A stretch of DNA of 64,000 bases, from positions 275,899 through 339,898 of IMG/VR virus record IMGVR_UViG_3300028666_000022, one strand, 5' to 3'. Under the pieces are notes generated by a model. It was not told the DNA's origin. It saw only the letters and a program-made list of their open reading frames with translations, and did no database searches. Both the position numbers and the translations under genes were made by a program. Of this stretch, positions 38,943 through 47,833 are shown one piece after another. Numbering within the stretch: position 1 is the first letter of the stretch; every line of letters begins with the position of its first letter.

Positions 38943-40526
38943 TTATGTTGATTTAAACACAAATTTCATATCACCACAATCATAAAGTTTGTTGTAACCC
39001 AAATCTTTCATAATTTCATCTGTGGTTTTATTTTCATTTGGTTTTTGTTTACTTAAAATAAATTCATTAATATTATGCTTATTATAACTTATATAAGTAT
39101 GTCTATCTACAAAATAAAAATTAGGTTCTGTATTTTCAATAATTTTAAATCCTAATTCTTCATATAATTTACCATTATAATATCTCCTATCCACAAATGT
39201 TATAATTTCATTCGGATTATAATTACTGATAAAATATTCAAGTAGTTTATTTGCTCCACCAATAATTATTGTATTTAATTTATTACTAAATCTCAATAAT
39301 TCATAATTATTACCAGCTATTTTATTGAAACTCATAATCGAAACTAATTCATCATTACAAAATAATCCAATTTTAATCTCAGAATTTATTTTGCCAAGAA
39401 AATGATTATTTTCTAAAAAATCTAAATACAAACCATCATCAATTTCTTTTATAAGAATATCATTTGTTTTATTATTTGTATCAATGTTATAATCAAAAAT
39501 ATTTAAACTTTCCATTAATATTGATTCAATTATTTCATTTTTCATTATCCATTCATTTTCAAATATTTGTATTAGATGAATATTTTGTTCATTACTTAAA
39601 TTCGTTTTATTTGAATGATAATGAATGTCTTTGAATTTATCCGAATGCCAATAAATTCCATTGAATTCAACTCCAACTCTATTACTTTCAACATAAATAT
39701 CAATTTCTTGAGTGCCAATCTTAATTTTCTTGGTTTTAAGACCTAATTCATTTTCAATGAATTCACGTATTTCAATTTCCTTTATTGAGGAATTTTTATT
39801 TATCGGATAACATATTGTACAAATATTATCAATTTTAACATTAGTTCTGCCATATACATTATCTTTTTTAATTATAAATTCATTATGAACAGGACAATAA
39901 TTTTTTATTTTCACATAAACATCATCAATAATTTCAATATTTTCTTTAGAAATATTCAATTTTTTAGCAAATGAATTTAACGTGGTATTATTATGTCGAG
40001 TATTCATTATTTTTTTAAAATCATCACTATAACAATATTGAGTAACACCAAATTTTTTTAAATTAGTTTTTATTTTTTTGTCTAAAATAATCTTAGATTT
40101 AGATGGATTATCTACACCGTATTTTAATAAACAAGTTTCTTTTGATTTATCTCTAATTGCTTTAGATTGCATTGTATATGGTACACCATAATTCTTTAAT
40201 GAGGTTTTTATTTTCTTTTCTTTAATTAAAGAACTACCACTAATACATTTATTACAACAAAAATCCAAATATTTATTTAATTGATTATAAAATTTTACAT
40301 CATTATTACAATTTTCGTTTTTACATTTTGGTTGTATTGTAATATTATAAATATAATTATATAACTTTTGTCGCCAAATAAAATCATTATTCGGAAAATA
40401 TTTTTCATTATATTCGGTAATTACTAAAAATTCATTAGGTAAATATTTCTTAAATGTTAATTCTCTTGTTTTTTGACCCATAGAATTATCAATACTTAAA
40501 TAAGCAATTAGTTCTTCTCTATTCAT
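38943..40526 (-). CDS. Hef-like homing endonuclease: Zn-ribbon, KYGV repeats, PD-(D/E)XK-like nuclease, Mom/GNAT-like C-terminal domain
   Basis: EIDIYVESNRVGVEFNGIYWHS; FLENNH...YELLRF...ITFVDRR...LYDCG; TATTTTTG at 40549-40556 on minus strand. Confidence 0.75.
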   Translation of the reverse strand: MNREELIAYLSIDNSMGQKTRELTFKKYLPNEFLVITEYNEKYFPNNDFIWRQKLYNYIYNITIQPKCKNENCNNDVKFYNQLNKYLDFCCNKCISGSSLIKEKKIKTSLKNYGVPYTMQSKAIRDKSKETCLLKYGVDNPSKSKIILDKKIKTNLKKFGVTQYCYSDDFKKIMNTRHNNTTLNSFAKKLNISKENIEIIDDVYVKIKNYCPVHNEFIIKKDNVYGRTNVKIDNICTICYPINKNSSIKEIEIREFIENELGLKTKKIKIGTQEIDIYVESNRVGVEFNGIYWHSDKFKDIHYHSNKTNLSNEQNIHLIQIFENEWIMKNEIIESILMESLNIFDYNIDTNNKTNDILIKEIDDGLYLDFLENNHFLGKINSEIKIGLFCNDELVSIMSFNKIAGNNYELLRFSNKLNTIIIGGANKLLEYFISNYNPNEIITFVDRRYYNGKLYEELGFKIIENTEPNFYFVDRHTYISYNKHNINEFILSKQKPNENKTTDEIMKDLGYNKLYDCGDMKFVFKST

Positions 40527-40577
40527 TTCTAAAATAAATTATTGTATACAAAAATATAAATAATTTTTCGAATATGC

Positions 40578-40607
40578 TTGGTTTTTAAATTTTTTATCAT
40601 ATCTTTG
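40578..40607 (+). promoter_or_regulatory. Bacteroidota sigmaA-type promoter (TTG-N19-TATCTTTG)
   Basis: Consensus match heading the second accessory block. Confidence 0.6.
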
Positions 40608-40631
40608 TTCCTAAATTTAGAACATGATATT

Positions 40632-41162
40632 ATGGAAAAGAAAACAAATTTGAAAGAAATTATCGAATATATATTAGAAAAATTAAATAAATCTAATTAT
40701 ATTGATCCTGCAGAACATCTATATGATGCAATAAAAGGAATTAGTAGACATTTAAATGATGATAATCTGAATGATTATATACATGATTTTTTATGGGGAT
40801 TGGAATCAGATACTGTTATTGATATTGATGGTATAGTTAAAGAATGTTCTGATTTATTACGAAAATTTTATGTAATGAAAACAACTAAAAATAAACAACC
40901 ATCAAAAGTAGAACGAAGCGAGATTTATTATAAAATACTCGCTATTATTAAGAAACTAAAATTAGTTGAAACAGACAGTGATGATTATGATCATCCAAGT
41001 ATTGCTTGTGAATTAGAAAAATTATTTATTTCTGAAAAAAATTTAAATAATTTTGAATCATTTAAAGATCATATGCTTTCTGCGAGAGCTACATTATATC
41101 CAGATAAAACATATGAAGAAGTTGTTGCTCTTTTAGATACAATGAAAAACCCTTTTAATTAA
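40632..41162 (+). CDS. Hypothetical protein
   Basis: Start re-placed to MEKKTN because the upstream TTG falls within the promoter. Confidence 0.55.
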   Translation: MEKKTNLKEIIEYILEKLNKSNYIDPAEHLYDAIKGISRHLNDDNLNDYIHDFLWGLESDTVIDIDGIVKECSDLLRKFYVMKTTKNKQPSKVERSEIYYKILAIIKKLKLVETDSDDYDHPSIACELEKLFISEKNLNNFESFKDHMLSARATLYPDKTYEEVVALLDTMKNPFN

Positions 41163-41170
41163 TATTTATT

Positions 41171-41308
41171 ATGAAAAACATTACTGATGATCAGAAAGAA
41201 ATATTAATTACTTTTATTAAATGGTATTGGAAGGAAGTTGAAGGTAAACCCTATGATATTAATTCAGAAGAAGTTGTGAATTATTTTATTGATGATGTAA
41301 TTAATTGA
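41171..41308 (+). CDS. Small hypothetical protein (45 aa, not in ORF track)
   Basis: MKNITDDQKEILITFIKWYWKEVEG... Confidence 0.45.
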   Translation: MKNITDDQKEILITFIKWYWKEVEGKPYDINSEEVVNYFIDDVIN

Positions 41309-41312
41309 TATT

Positions 41313-41621
41313 ATGATAACAAAAGAAGAATATTTAATAGCAAAACATATTGTTCAAGAATATGAAAAAGAAATTAAAAATCATTCAATTGGTGTTATTT
41401 CTTTAGATGCTGAAGATTTTATGCTTTGGAAAGAAGATATAAAATTATTTGGTGATGGTTTGGAAACTAGAAAAAGATTTAAGATTGGTAATATTACATA
41501 TTTTTGTATTTCAAATCTTAATGATTTATGTTCAGTAAGATTTGATGAAGTTATTGAAACAAATTATGCTAAAGAGAATGAAATCTATGAAGATATTAAA
41601 ACATATATTAACATAAATTAA
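41313..41621 (+). CDS. Hypothetical protein
   Basis: MITKEEYLIAKHIVQEYE N-terminus. Confidence 0.55.
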   Translation: MITKEEYLIAKHIVQEYEKEIKNHSIGVISLDAEDFMLWKEDIKLFGDGLETRKRFKIGNITYFCISNLNDLCSVRFDEVIETNYAKENEIYEDIKTYININ

Positions 41622-41627
41622 AAGTGA

Positions 41628-42305
41628 ATGAACATAATTATAAATAAAGAAGAAAGAGATTACTTAGAAAAATCAGTCTTAAGAAGATTTACTATTGGAT
41701 CACAATTATATGGAACAAACAATTCAGAATCAGATACTGATATTCTTTCAATTTATGAAACATCTGAATTAGAATTAATGTCAGGTTTACCTAATTTTCA
41801 TCAATTTCAGTGGAAAGATACTGAAAATAATATTGATTGGTTATATACATCAGAATTACAATTTTGGAAAAACTTTTATTCTGGTGATTCGATCATAAAT
41901 GCTGATATTGTTTTATTTACTGATTTAATTAAAGATGATTTAAAATTATCATATTGTAGGACATATAAGGTAATTAAAGCATATATTGGATTTGCTAAAA
42001 GAGATTTGAAACATATTAATAAAGATAAAAGTAAATTATTTCATGCTAATAGAGGATTATATTGTGCTCAAGAACTTTTAGAAGGAAGATTACCATTATT
42101 ATCAGAAATACAAAAATTAGCTTTAAAAGATGGTTATTTCCAAGAAAATTTAGGAGATTTAATATATACCGAAAATTTATTAAGAACAAAACTTAATAAA
42201 TTATATGATGATAATAAAATAGTAACATATTATATTGAAAAATGTGGTAATATGCTATTTGATAAAATGTTTGAAGCAAATAATATTAAAGAATTTAAAT
42301 ACTAA
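41628..42305 (+). CDS. Pol-beta superfamily nucleotidyltransferase (RlaP/Nuc-transf-like)
   Basis: IGSQLYGTNNSESDTD; helical C-terminus AYIGFA..KLFHA.R. Confidence 0.8.
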   Translation: MNIIINKEERDYLEKSVLRRFTIGSQLYGTNNSESDTDILSIYETSELELMSGLPNFHQFQWKDTENNIDWLYTSELQFWKNFYSGDSIINADIVLFTDLIKDDLKLSYCRTYKVIKAYIGFAKRDLKHINKDKSKLFHANRGLYCAQELLEGRLPLLSEIQKLALKDGYFQENLGDLIYTENLLRTKLNKLYDDNKIVTYYIEKCGNMLFDKMFEANNIKEFKY

Positions 42306-42494
42306 TGAAAATAAATTACGATATATTATATAATAAATATGTTAAGAATTGTAAAAAGAATCCTAAATCATTTAGTGATTTCATTAGAATATATACTAAA
42401 ATAATTTTTCATCGACAAATAATAAGGCCACAAATAATTTGGTGGCAAGAAACATATAAAATAATGAATACAAAATATTATAAAAATTATTAAT

Positions 42495-42725
42495 ATGACA
42501 AATGAAAAGATTGAAAGTTTTAAACTCAACGAAGAGGACAACACAATCGAAGTTGTTAAAAGAGTACCTAGTAATAAGATGTATGCTGTTTATCCACCAA
42601 AACCAGCACCAGATTATGTATGGAAAGAAATTTACGGTATTATAGACAATAAGATTCAATTAATCAAAAAAATTGATGGAAAACATATTCCAGCAAAATA
42701 TAATGATGAACAAATTATTTTTTAA
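42495..42725 (+). CDS. Hypothetical protein
   Basis: 76 aa ORF. Confidence 0.5.
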   Translation: MTNEKIESFKLNEEDNTIEVVKRVPSNKMYAVYPPKPAPDYVWKEIYGIIDNKIQLIKKIDGKHIPAKYNDEQIIF

Positions 42726-42729
42726 AATT

Positions 42730-42755
42730 TGTAACAAAATAAAATTATTTACGTA
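42730..42755 (+). promoter_or_regulatory. ECF-like promoter TGTAAC-N16-CGTA
   Basis: Exact spacing match; upstream of the Pnkp-containing run. Confidence 0.6.
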
Positions 42756-42769
42756 AATATTAATCATAT

Positions 42770-43003
42770 ATGGAACAATTAATTTATATAATAAACAATA
42801 GTAATTATGTATTAATTGAATTATTAGTTACTGATAGAAATAAAATTAAATGTGAAAAACTCATAGAAAAATACGAAATAATAGTACAAGGAATGAAAAA
42901 ATTTGATGATGGTGGTTGGTTTGGAGTTAAACACTTAATTTTGAATGTACTTGTGCCAGAAAAAGATATTTTAAATTTTCAAAATGAACTTAATTTATGT
43001 TAA
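42770..43003 (+). CDS. Hypothetical protein
   Basis: 77 aa ORF. Confidence 0.5.
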   Translation: MEQLIYIINNSNYVLIELLVTDRNKIKCEKLIEKYEIIVQGMKKFDDGGWFGVKHLILNVLVPEKDILNFQNELNLC

Positions 43004-43272
43004 ATAGTGAATATTATCCACTACTAAATACAAATAAAACCATTAAAGAATGGTGGAATGATTTAAATTGGGGTGAAAGAGTTGATATAGGTGGTGTTGC
43101 AATTCATTTTACTTTAATGACTGCAAATTATAGATGGAATAGTAATTTTAATTATGAAGATTTAACTAAATCTCAAAAGAAAATAGTTAAAACTATATAT
43201 TCTAATAGAAATAGTAAATGGTCAATGTTTAATTTTGAATATGAAAATATTCTTGGTATGTTAAAATTTTAA
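42997..43272 (+). CDS. Hypothetical protein
   Basis: 91 aa ORF. Confidence 0.5.
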   Translation: MLNSEYYPLLNTNKTIKEWWNDLNWGERVDIGGVAIHFTLMTANYRWNSNFNYEDLTKSQKKIVKTIYSNRNSKWSMFNFEYENILGMLKF

Positions 43273-43287
43273 TTTAAGTAAATTATT

Positions 43288-44127
43288 ATGTTAAAAGTAA
43301 TATTACTAAAAGGATTGCCGGGTAGTGGAAAATCAACATTTGCCAGAGAATTGATTTCTAAATATCCAAATTCATATAAACGTATAAATAAGGATGATTT
43401 AAGATCGATGTTAGATAATGGTAAACATTCTGATGATAGTGAAAAATTTATTAATCAAGTTCGAGATGCTTTAATTCTAATGGCTTTAGAAAAAGGAAAA
43501 CATGTAATTGTTGATGATACTAATCTTGCTCCAAAACATGAGGAAAGAATAAAGCAATTGATAAAAGGTAAAGCTGAATTAGAAATAAAAGATTTTACTG
43601 ACGTTCCTTTAGAGACGTGTATTAAAAATGATTTAAAACGAGTAGCTAGTGTTGGTGAAAAGGTAATTCGTGATATGTACAAGCAATTTATATTAAAAAC
43701 TGAAACATATAGTGAAAACCCTGATTTAACTAAAGCAATTATTGTTGATATTGATGGAACATTAGCAAAAATGAAAGATAGATCTCCTTTTGATTGGAGT
43801 AAGGTTAAAGAAGATAGTTGCAATGAAACTATTAAGAAAATAGTAAATAATTATAGTGAAACCGTAATTATTGTTTCAGGTAGGGATGGTATTTGTAAAG
43901 AAGATACGATCGAATGGCTTAAAACTAATGACATTAAATTCAATCATATATTAATGAGAGATGTTGGCAACAATGAAAAAGATAGTATTATTAAACGTAG
44001 ATTATTTGACGAAAATATCAGAGGTAAATATTTTATTGAGTATGTACTAGATGATAGAAATCAAGTAGTTGAGATGTGGAGGAATATGGGATTAACATGT
44101 CTCCAAGTTAATGAAGGAAATTTTTAA
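43288..44127 (+). CDS. pseT: Polynucleotide 5'-kinase/3'-phosphatase (T4 PseT-like)
   Basis: GLPGSGKST, RINKDDLR kinase; DIDGTLA, SGR, DDRNQVV HAD phosphatase. Confidence 0.92.
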   Translation: MLKVILLKGLPGSGKSTFARELISKYPNSYKRINKDDLRSMLDNGKHSDDSEKFINQVRDALILMALEKGKHVIVDDTNLAPKHEERIKQLIKGKAELEIKDFTDVPLETCIKNDLKRVASVGEKVIRDMYKQFILKTETYSENPDLTKAIIVDIDGTLAKMKDRSPFDWSKVKEDSCNETIKKIVNNYSETVIIVSGRDGICKEDTIEWLKTNDIKFNHILMRDVGNNEKDSIIKRRLFDENIRGKYFIEYVLDDRNQVVEMWRNMGLTCLQVNEGNF

Positions 44128-44139
44128 TGAAAATATATT

Positions 44140-44688
44140 ATGAAAAATTATTTTACTGCAGATTTACACATTGGGCATCATAATATTATTAGTTATGATG
44201 GAAGACCTTTTAATACTATTGTAGAACACGATCAAACAATTGTTAATAACTGGAATAGCATTGTAAAAAAAGAAGATAATGTTTATTTTCTTGGTGATTT
44301 CTCTTTGGGTTACAAGAAAGCTAAAGATTATGATAAATCTATTATGTTATCCTTAAATGGAAATAAATTTTTCATAAAAGGTAATCATGATCACGATCAA
44401 ACTGTGAAGTCGTATAAAGAAACTGGAACATATTTAGGTCAACTAGCTGAAATTAATATTGATGGTCAAATAATAACTTTATGTCATTACGCAATGTTAG
44501 TTTGGAATAAATCACATAGGGGAGCATGGCAACTACATGGACACTCACACCATTCTTTACCAATAGATAATACTTCTTTGAGATTAGATGTTGGAATTAA
44601 TGGTACTAATTACTTTCCACTTTCTTTTCAAGAAATTAGAGAAATTTTAAAAAAGAGAGAATATAAACCCATTGATGATCATCAATAA
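44140..44688 (+). CDS. Calcineurin-like metallophosphoesterase
   Basis: ADLHIGH, LGD, GNHD, HGHSH. Confidence 0.9.
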   Translation: MKNYFTADLHIGHHNIISYDGRPFNTIVEHDQTIVNNWNSIVKKEDNVYFLGDFSLGYKKAKDYDKSIMLSLNGNKFFIKGNHDHDQTVKSYKETGTYLGQLAEINIDGQIITLCHYAMLVWNKSHRGAWQLHGHSHHSLPIDNTSLRLDVGINGTNYFPLSFQEIREILKKREYKPIDDHQ

Positions 44689-44702
44689 AACACAATAATA
44701 TC

Positions 44703-44936
44703 ATGGAAAAAGTATATGAATTCAAATATAATTATAGTTGTTGTGAAAGTGCTGCATATACAATTAGTATACATAAAACTAGAAAGGGTGCTGAAATGGC
44801 AATGGAATTTCATAAAAATGAAACAAAAATAAATTGGTTAAAAGATAAAATTAAAAACTTAAATGAATTTAATGATGAATATCCTTGGGATTTTGATATG
44901 TCTTGGGGAATAAAAGAAACTGAATTACTTGATTAA
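44703..44936 (+). CDS. Hypothetical protein
   Basis: 77 aa ORF. Confidence 0.5.
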   Translation: MEKVYEFKYNYSCCESAAYTISIHKTRKGAEMAMEFHKNETKINWLKDKIKNLNEFNDEYPWDFDMSWGIKETELLD

Positions 44937-44948
44937 TGATAAAATATT

Positions 44949-45257
44949 ATGGAAATAAATATTTATGGTTTAAAATGTGACTATTGTGATTATAGGGATG
45001 ATAGTGTTAAATTTTCTGAATACGAAGAAAATATTGGAAAACCATGTCCTAATTGCGGTAATAATTTACTAACTGAAAAAGAATATAAAACTTGTTTAAG
45101 ATTTTATAAATTCGTGGATATTTGTAATGTACTTAATAATATATTTAAGTGGATCAATCCTTTTCATTATTGGAGATTAATTTTTGGTGATAATAGAGAA
45201 GAAAATAAATTAACTATGAAATTTAAAAATCGTAAAATAGTAGATCATGAACAATAA
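44949..45257 (+). CDS. Zn-ribbon protein
   Basis: CDYC...CPNCG. Confidence 0.55.
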   Translation: MEINIYGLKCDYCDYRDDSVKFSEYEENIGKPCPNCGNNLLTEKEYKTCLRFYKFVDICNVLNNIFKWINPFHYWRLIFGDNREENKLTMKFKNRKIVDHEQ

Positions 45258-45528
45258 TATCTATAATAAAATAATAGATTTAATTTTTCATTCAGTAATT
45301 TCTGAAGGTGGTGATGGAGATGCTGTTTGGTTATCCAAACATACTTCAATAACAGAATTATTTGAGTTAATCAATACATATAATTTGAAAAATAATACTG
45401 GTTGGGATATAATTAAACATGAAAATTATTTAGAATGGGGTATAGATCAAGAATTTGTTCTCATAACTAATGATATAGAATTTTTTGATTCTCAACCAAG
45501 TTGGATAACAATGATAATTAATTATTAA
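45247..45528 (+). CDS. Hypothetical protein
   Basis: 93 aa ORF. Confidence 0.5.
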   Translation: MNNNIYNKIIDLIFHSVISEGGDGDAVWLSKHTSITELFELINTYNLKNNTGWDIIKHENYLEWGIDQEFVLITNDIEFFDSQPSWITMIINY

Positions 45529-45541
45529 TAATTCAAAAATT

Positions 45542-45709
45542 ATGAAAAATTTATTTATTAATGATGAGTATTGTGAATGGAAATGTTGTGATTTTGGAAC
45601 TATGGGATTTCATGACTATGAATATGTAACAACTTGTGGTATGAATTATGATTGTGATAAAACAAAAAAAGAAAATTTTTGTCCAAATTGTGGTGGGAAA
45701 ATAAAATAA
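45542..45709 (+). CDS. Small Cys-rich protein (55 aa, not in ORF track)
   Basis: CEWK...TTCG...FCPNCGGKIK*. Confidence 0.55.
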   Translation: MKNLFINDEYCEWKCCDFGTMGFHDYEYVTTCGMNYDCDKTKKENFCPNCGGKIK

Positions 45710-45723
45710 TAATTTTTGAAATT

Positions 45724-45912
45724 ATGATAAAATATCCAAGAATAAGTAAACTTATGGTTTTACATTCTGCAGCAGGTTATTATGTTGGTAGGTTATATGA
45801 ATATTCTGAAGATGAATGTGGACCATATTCAAGAGAAAGTACTTATTTTAAAACTGAAAAGGCAGCCATAAAAGCATTAGCAAATAACGATTATGTTGAA
45901 AATTTTAATTAA
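45724..45912 (+). CDS. Hypothetical phage protein
   Basis: VLHSAAGYYVG...PYSRESTYF; start re-placed to 45724. Confidence 0.55.
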   Translation: MIKYPRISKLMVLHSAAGYYVGRLYEYSEDECGPYSRESTYFKTEKAAIKALANNDYVENFN

Positions 45913-45920
45913 AATTTATT

Positions 45921-46178
45921 ATGAAAATATATGCAAATTTTAGGCAAGAAGTAAATGTAAGTCCAAAAGAGTTTATTGAAGAACTGATTAATTTTGAAAT
46001 TGGTTGGAGAAGTTGGATTTTTATGAAAGACGATAAATATTATGTTGGTTCTGAAGAAAGTGCGGGTTGTCATTCATTTGATAGTAAAGAAGAAATTTCA
46101 AAAGAAAAGTATGAATATGTAGAATCATTGAAAAACGTATTAAAATATCTTGAATTAAATAATAAAATATATAAATAA
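45921..46178 (+). CDS. Hypothetical protein
   Basis: 85 aa ORF. Confidence 0.5.
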   Translation: MKIYANFRQEVNVSPKEFIEELINFEIGWRSWIFMKDDKYYVGSEESAGCHSFDSKEEISKEKYEYVESLKNVLKYLELNNKIYK

Positions 46179-46179
46179 T

Positions 46180-47091
46180 ATGGAATTTGAAAACCTAGGT
46201 GATTATTGTAAATTCTTAGAAAAGAATTTCTCATTAGAAATAATGATACCCACATTACCTGTTATCATTCGCCTTGACGGTAATAATTTTCATAATTACA
46301 CTAAGGGTTTAAATCGACCATTTGATGAAAACCTAACCGATTTAATGGTTAATACAGTAAAATATTTAGTACAGGAAACAAATGCAGTAATTGGATATAC
46401 TCAGTCTGATGAAATTACATTGATATTATATTCAGATGATAGAAAATCATCAATTTATAATGATGGTAAAAAGCAAAAAATATTATCTAAACTAACAGGT
46501 AAATGTGTTTTATATTTTAATGAAAGAAGTAAGTATTATCTACCTGAACATAATAAAGTAGCTAATTTTGATTGTAGAATATATCAAACACCTACATTAC
46601 AAGATGCTTGTGCTCAATTATTGTGGAGAGAAAATAATGCAACACGAAATTCTATATTAATGTTGGCAGATTCTTTATTTGGACACACAAAATGTTTTAA
46701 ACTTAAAACAAATGAGTTACAAGATAAGATGATGTTAGAAAAACTTATAAATTGGAATGATTTAGAAACAAAATTTAAACGAGGAACTTATGTTAAACGT
46801 ATTAAAACATCTAAACCATTTAGTAAAGAAGAATTAAGTACTTTACCTAAGAATCATAATGCACATAAAAATCCTGATCTTATTATAGAAAGAAATGTTA
46901 TTTCTGTTGTAGAATTACCTATTTTTAGTAAAATAACTAATAAAGTGGACGTTGTGTTTCATAATGCTGAACCAAAATTAGATTCAAATAGTATTGATTT
47001 TAGCAACATGAAAGAATTAACCGAAAATGAAACTGAAATTTTAAATAAAACGTATAAAAGATTACTTAGTGATAAACCAACTAAATTATAA
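46180..47091 (+). CDS. thg1: tRNA(His) guanylyltransferase / Thg1-like 3'-5' polymerase
   Basis: IIRLDGNNFH, RPFD, YTQSDEI, FDCR, WRENNATRNS. Confidence 0.9.
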   Translation: MEFENLGDYCKFLEKNFSLEIMIPTLPVIIRLDGNNFHNYTKGLNRPFDENLTDLMVNTVKYLVQETNAVIGYTQSDEITLILYSDDRKSSIYNDGKKQKILSKLTGKCVLYFNERSKYYLPEHNKVANFDCRIYQTPTLQDACAQLLWRENNATRNSILMLADSLFGHTKCFKLKTNELQDKMMLEKLINWNDLETKFKRGTYVKRIKTSKPFSKEELSTLPKNHNAHKNPDLIIERNVISVVELPIFSKITNKVDVVFHNAEPKLDSNSIDFSNMKELTENETEILNKTYKRLLSDKPTKL

Positions 47092-47096
47092 ATAAT

Positions 47097-47546
47097 ATGT
47101 ATCCAAATAAATGTTTTTATGTTATAAATGGATTTCTTCCGCCACATGAAGGAAATGTAATGGGAGGATATGGATTTTCAATTGGTTTGAAAGTTGAATT
47201 TGCTAAAAAATGTTTAAATTATAAAATTACTAATAAAAATATAGAAAATTTAAATAATTATGGTTTAGAACGAATAAATAGAATATTTGGTCATGAAGAT
47301 AGAAAACCATTTTATTTTCATGATGTTGATGACGAATGGACAATCTTATTAAGATGGGTGCAAGTTCCCGGTAATGCTTGTGACTTGGGTGATGGTGGTT
47401 TAGAACCTAAAGATATTTTGAAAATGAATGACGATGATTTCATTGAATTTGAACCACATAATGTCGATAGTATGAAACAAGCATATGCATTATTGTCGTT
47501 ATGGTTAAAATGGTATGATTGTGCATTTTCTTTTGTAATTGATTAA
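47097..47546 (+). CDS. Hypothetical protein
   Basis: VPGNACDL, PHNVDS motifs. Confidence 0.55.
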   Translation: MYPNKCFYVINGFLPPHEGNVMGGYGFSIGLKVEFAKKCLNYKITNKNIENLNNYGLERINRIFGHEDRKPFYFHDVDDEWTILLRWVQVPGNACDLGDGGLEPKDILKMNDDDFIEFEPHNVDSMKQAYALLSLWLKWYDCAFSFVID

Positions 47547-47617
47547 TTATGGAAAATTTTATAAAAAAACATTTGGGAATAAATACACCACAATGAGTAA
47601 TAGATAATTGTAAAAAA

Positions 47618-47803
47618 ATGTTAAATGAATGGAATGATATGAAATATTTTCATGATAAATATTGGAAATGCCCACATTGTGAATCAATATTTAAAGAATT
47701 TGAAGCAATAATGGATATGAATAGTACTGAAAGATGTCCAAAATGTAATACTGCACTTGGTGGTTGTCCAGATTATTGTCCCGATAACAATGAAACTGAA
47801 TAA
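47618..47803 (+). CDS. Small Zn-ribbon protein
   Basis: CPHC...CPKC. Confidence 0.5.
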   Translation: MLNEWNDMKYFHDKYWKCPHCESIFKEFEAIMDMNSTERCPKCNTALGGCPDYCPDNNETE

Positions 47804-47833
47804 AATTAATGGTTTCATATTATGTCCAGATTA

